Shown: one piece after another, positions 56,533-56,641 of the stretch
Layout: each line of letters begins with the position of its first letter
How positions within the stretch are numbered: the stretch's first letter is position 1
Position numbers and translations under genes: made by a program
The notes under the pieces: model-generated
Databases searched by the model: none
Told to the model about the DNA's origin: nothing
Seen by the model: only the letters and a program-made list of their open reading frames with translations
Source of the DNA: a virus
Lineage: Duplodnaviria > Caudoviricetes
Direction: 5' to 3' (one strand)
DNA length: 56,641 nt
IMG/VR virus record: IMGVR_UViG_3300050143_000044
Coordinates: 1-56,641 of that record

Positions 56533-56641
56533 ATGCTAGAACTAGCAAGTTTAAAATTCTCGGTAGATACTAGCAGGTTGGAAGCTACCGCTAAGCTACT
56601 TGACACTGTAGCTCAAAAAGCTGGCGAGCTAGGTAAAGCTA
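56533..56641 (+). CDS. tape measure protein, 5' end (truncated by window)
   Basis: AAGGAAG RBS; MLELASLKFSVDTS...; position. Confidence 0.7.
   Translation, partial: MLELASLKFSVDTSRLEATAKLLDTVAQKAGELGKA

Overview
A 56.6-kb segment of a lytic, long-tailed (siphovirus-type) dsDNA phage, probably infecting a Gram-negative proteobacterium (sigma70 promoters, an OMP-like gene). No integrase or CRISPR array is visible. Layout: (1) 1-12.9 kb, minus strand, replication arm: a family-B-type DNA polymerase split by a group I intron carrying a GIY-YIG endonuclease, a T7-type primase-helicase, an ATP-dependent ligase, a deaminase, an LMW phosphatase and many small ORFs. (2) A divergent AT-rich repeat locus at ~13 kb. 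(3) 13.3-27.7 kb, plus strand, accessory genes: dCMP deaminase, nucleotidyltransferase, HU-like, PagP-like, 2OG-Fe(II)-like and SleB-like proteins, several broken by single-base indels. (4) 27.7-33.5 kb, a compositionally distinct early module between non-coding blocks with tandem repeats and DnaA/NtrC/IHF-like boxes, probably the genome ends or a terminal repeat. (5) ClpP-like, PhoH and AP2-like genes, a second AT-rich repeat locus and a ~330-nt structured non-coding segment. (6) A tailspike-like gene, four tRNAs flanked by structured RNAs, terS, a free-standing GIY-YIG gene, terL, portal, head and tail genes, up to the start of the tape measure. The most unexplained signals are: a 28-31-nt element present twice, one copy frameshifting a gene; twin promoter/AT-repeat loci that may be RNA-primed origins; dispersed ~95-bp periodic quasi-palindromes that persist inside coding sequence; a fixed-spacing promoter box; and several orphan structured RNAs. 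All calls come from motif recognition by eye; no database searches or folding programs were run.
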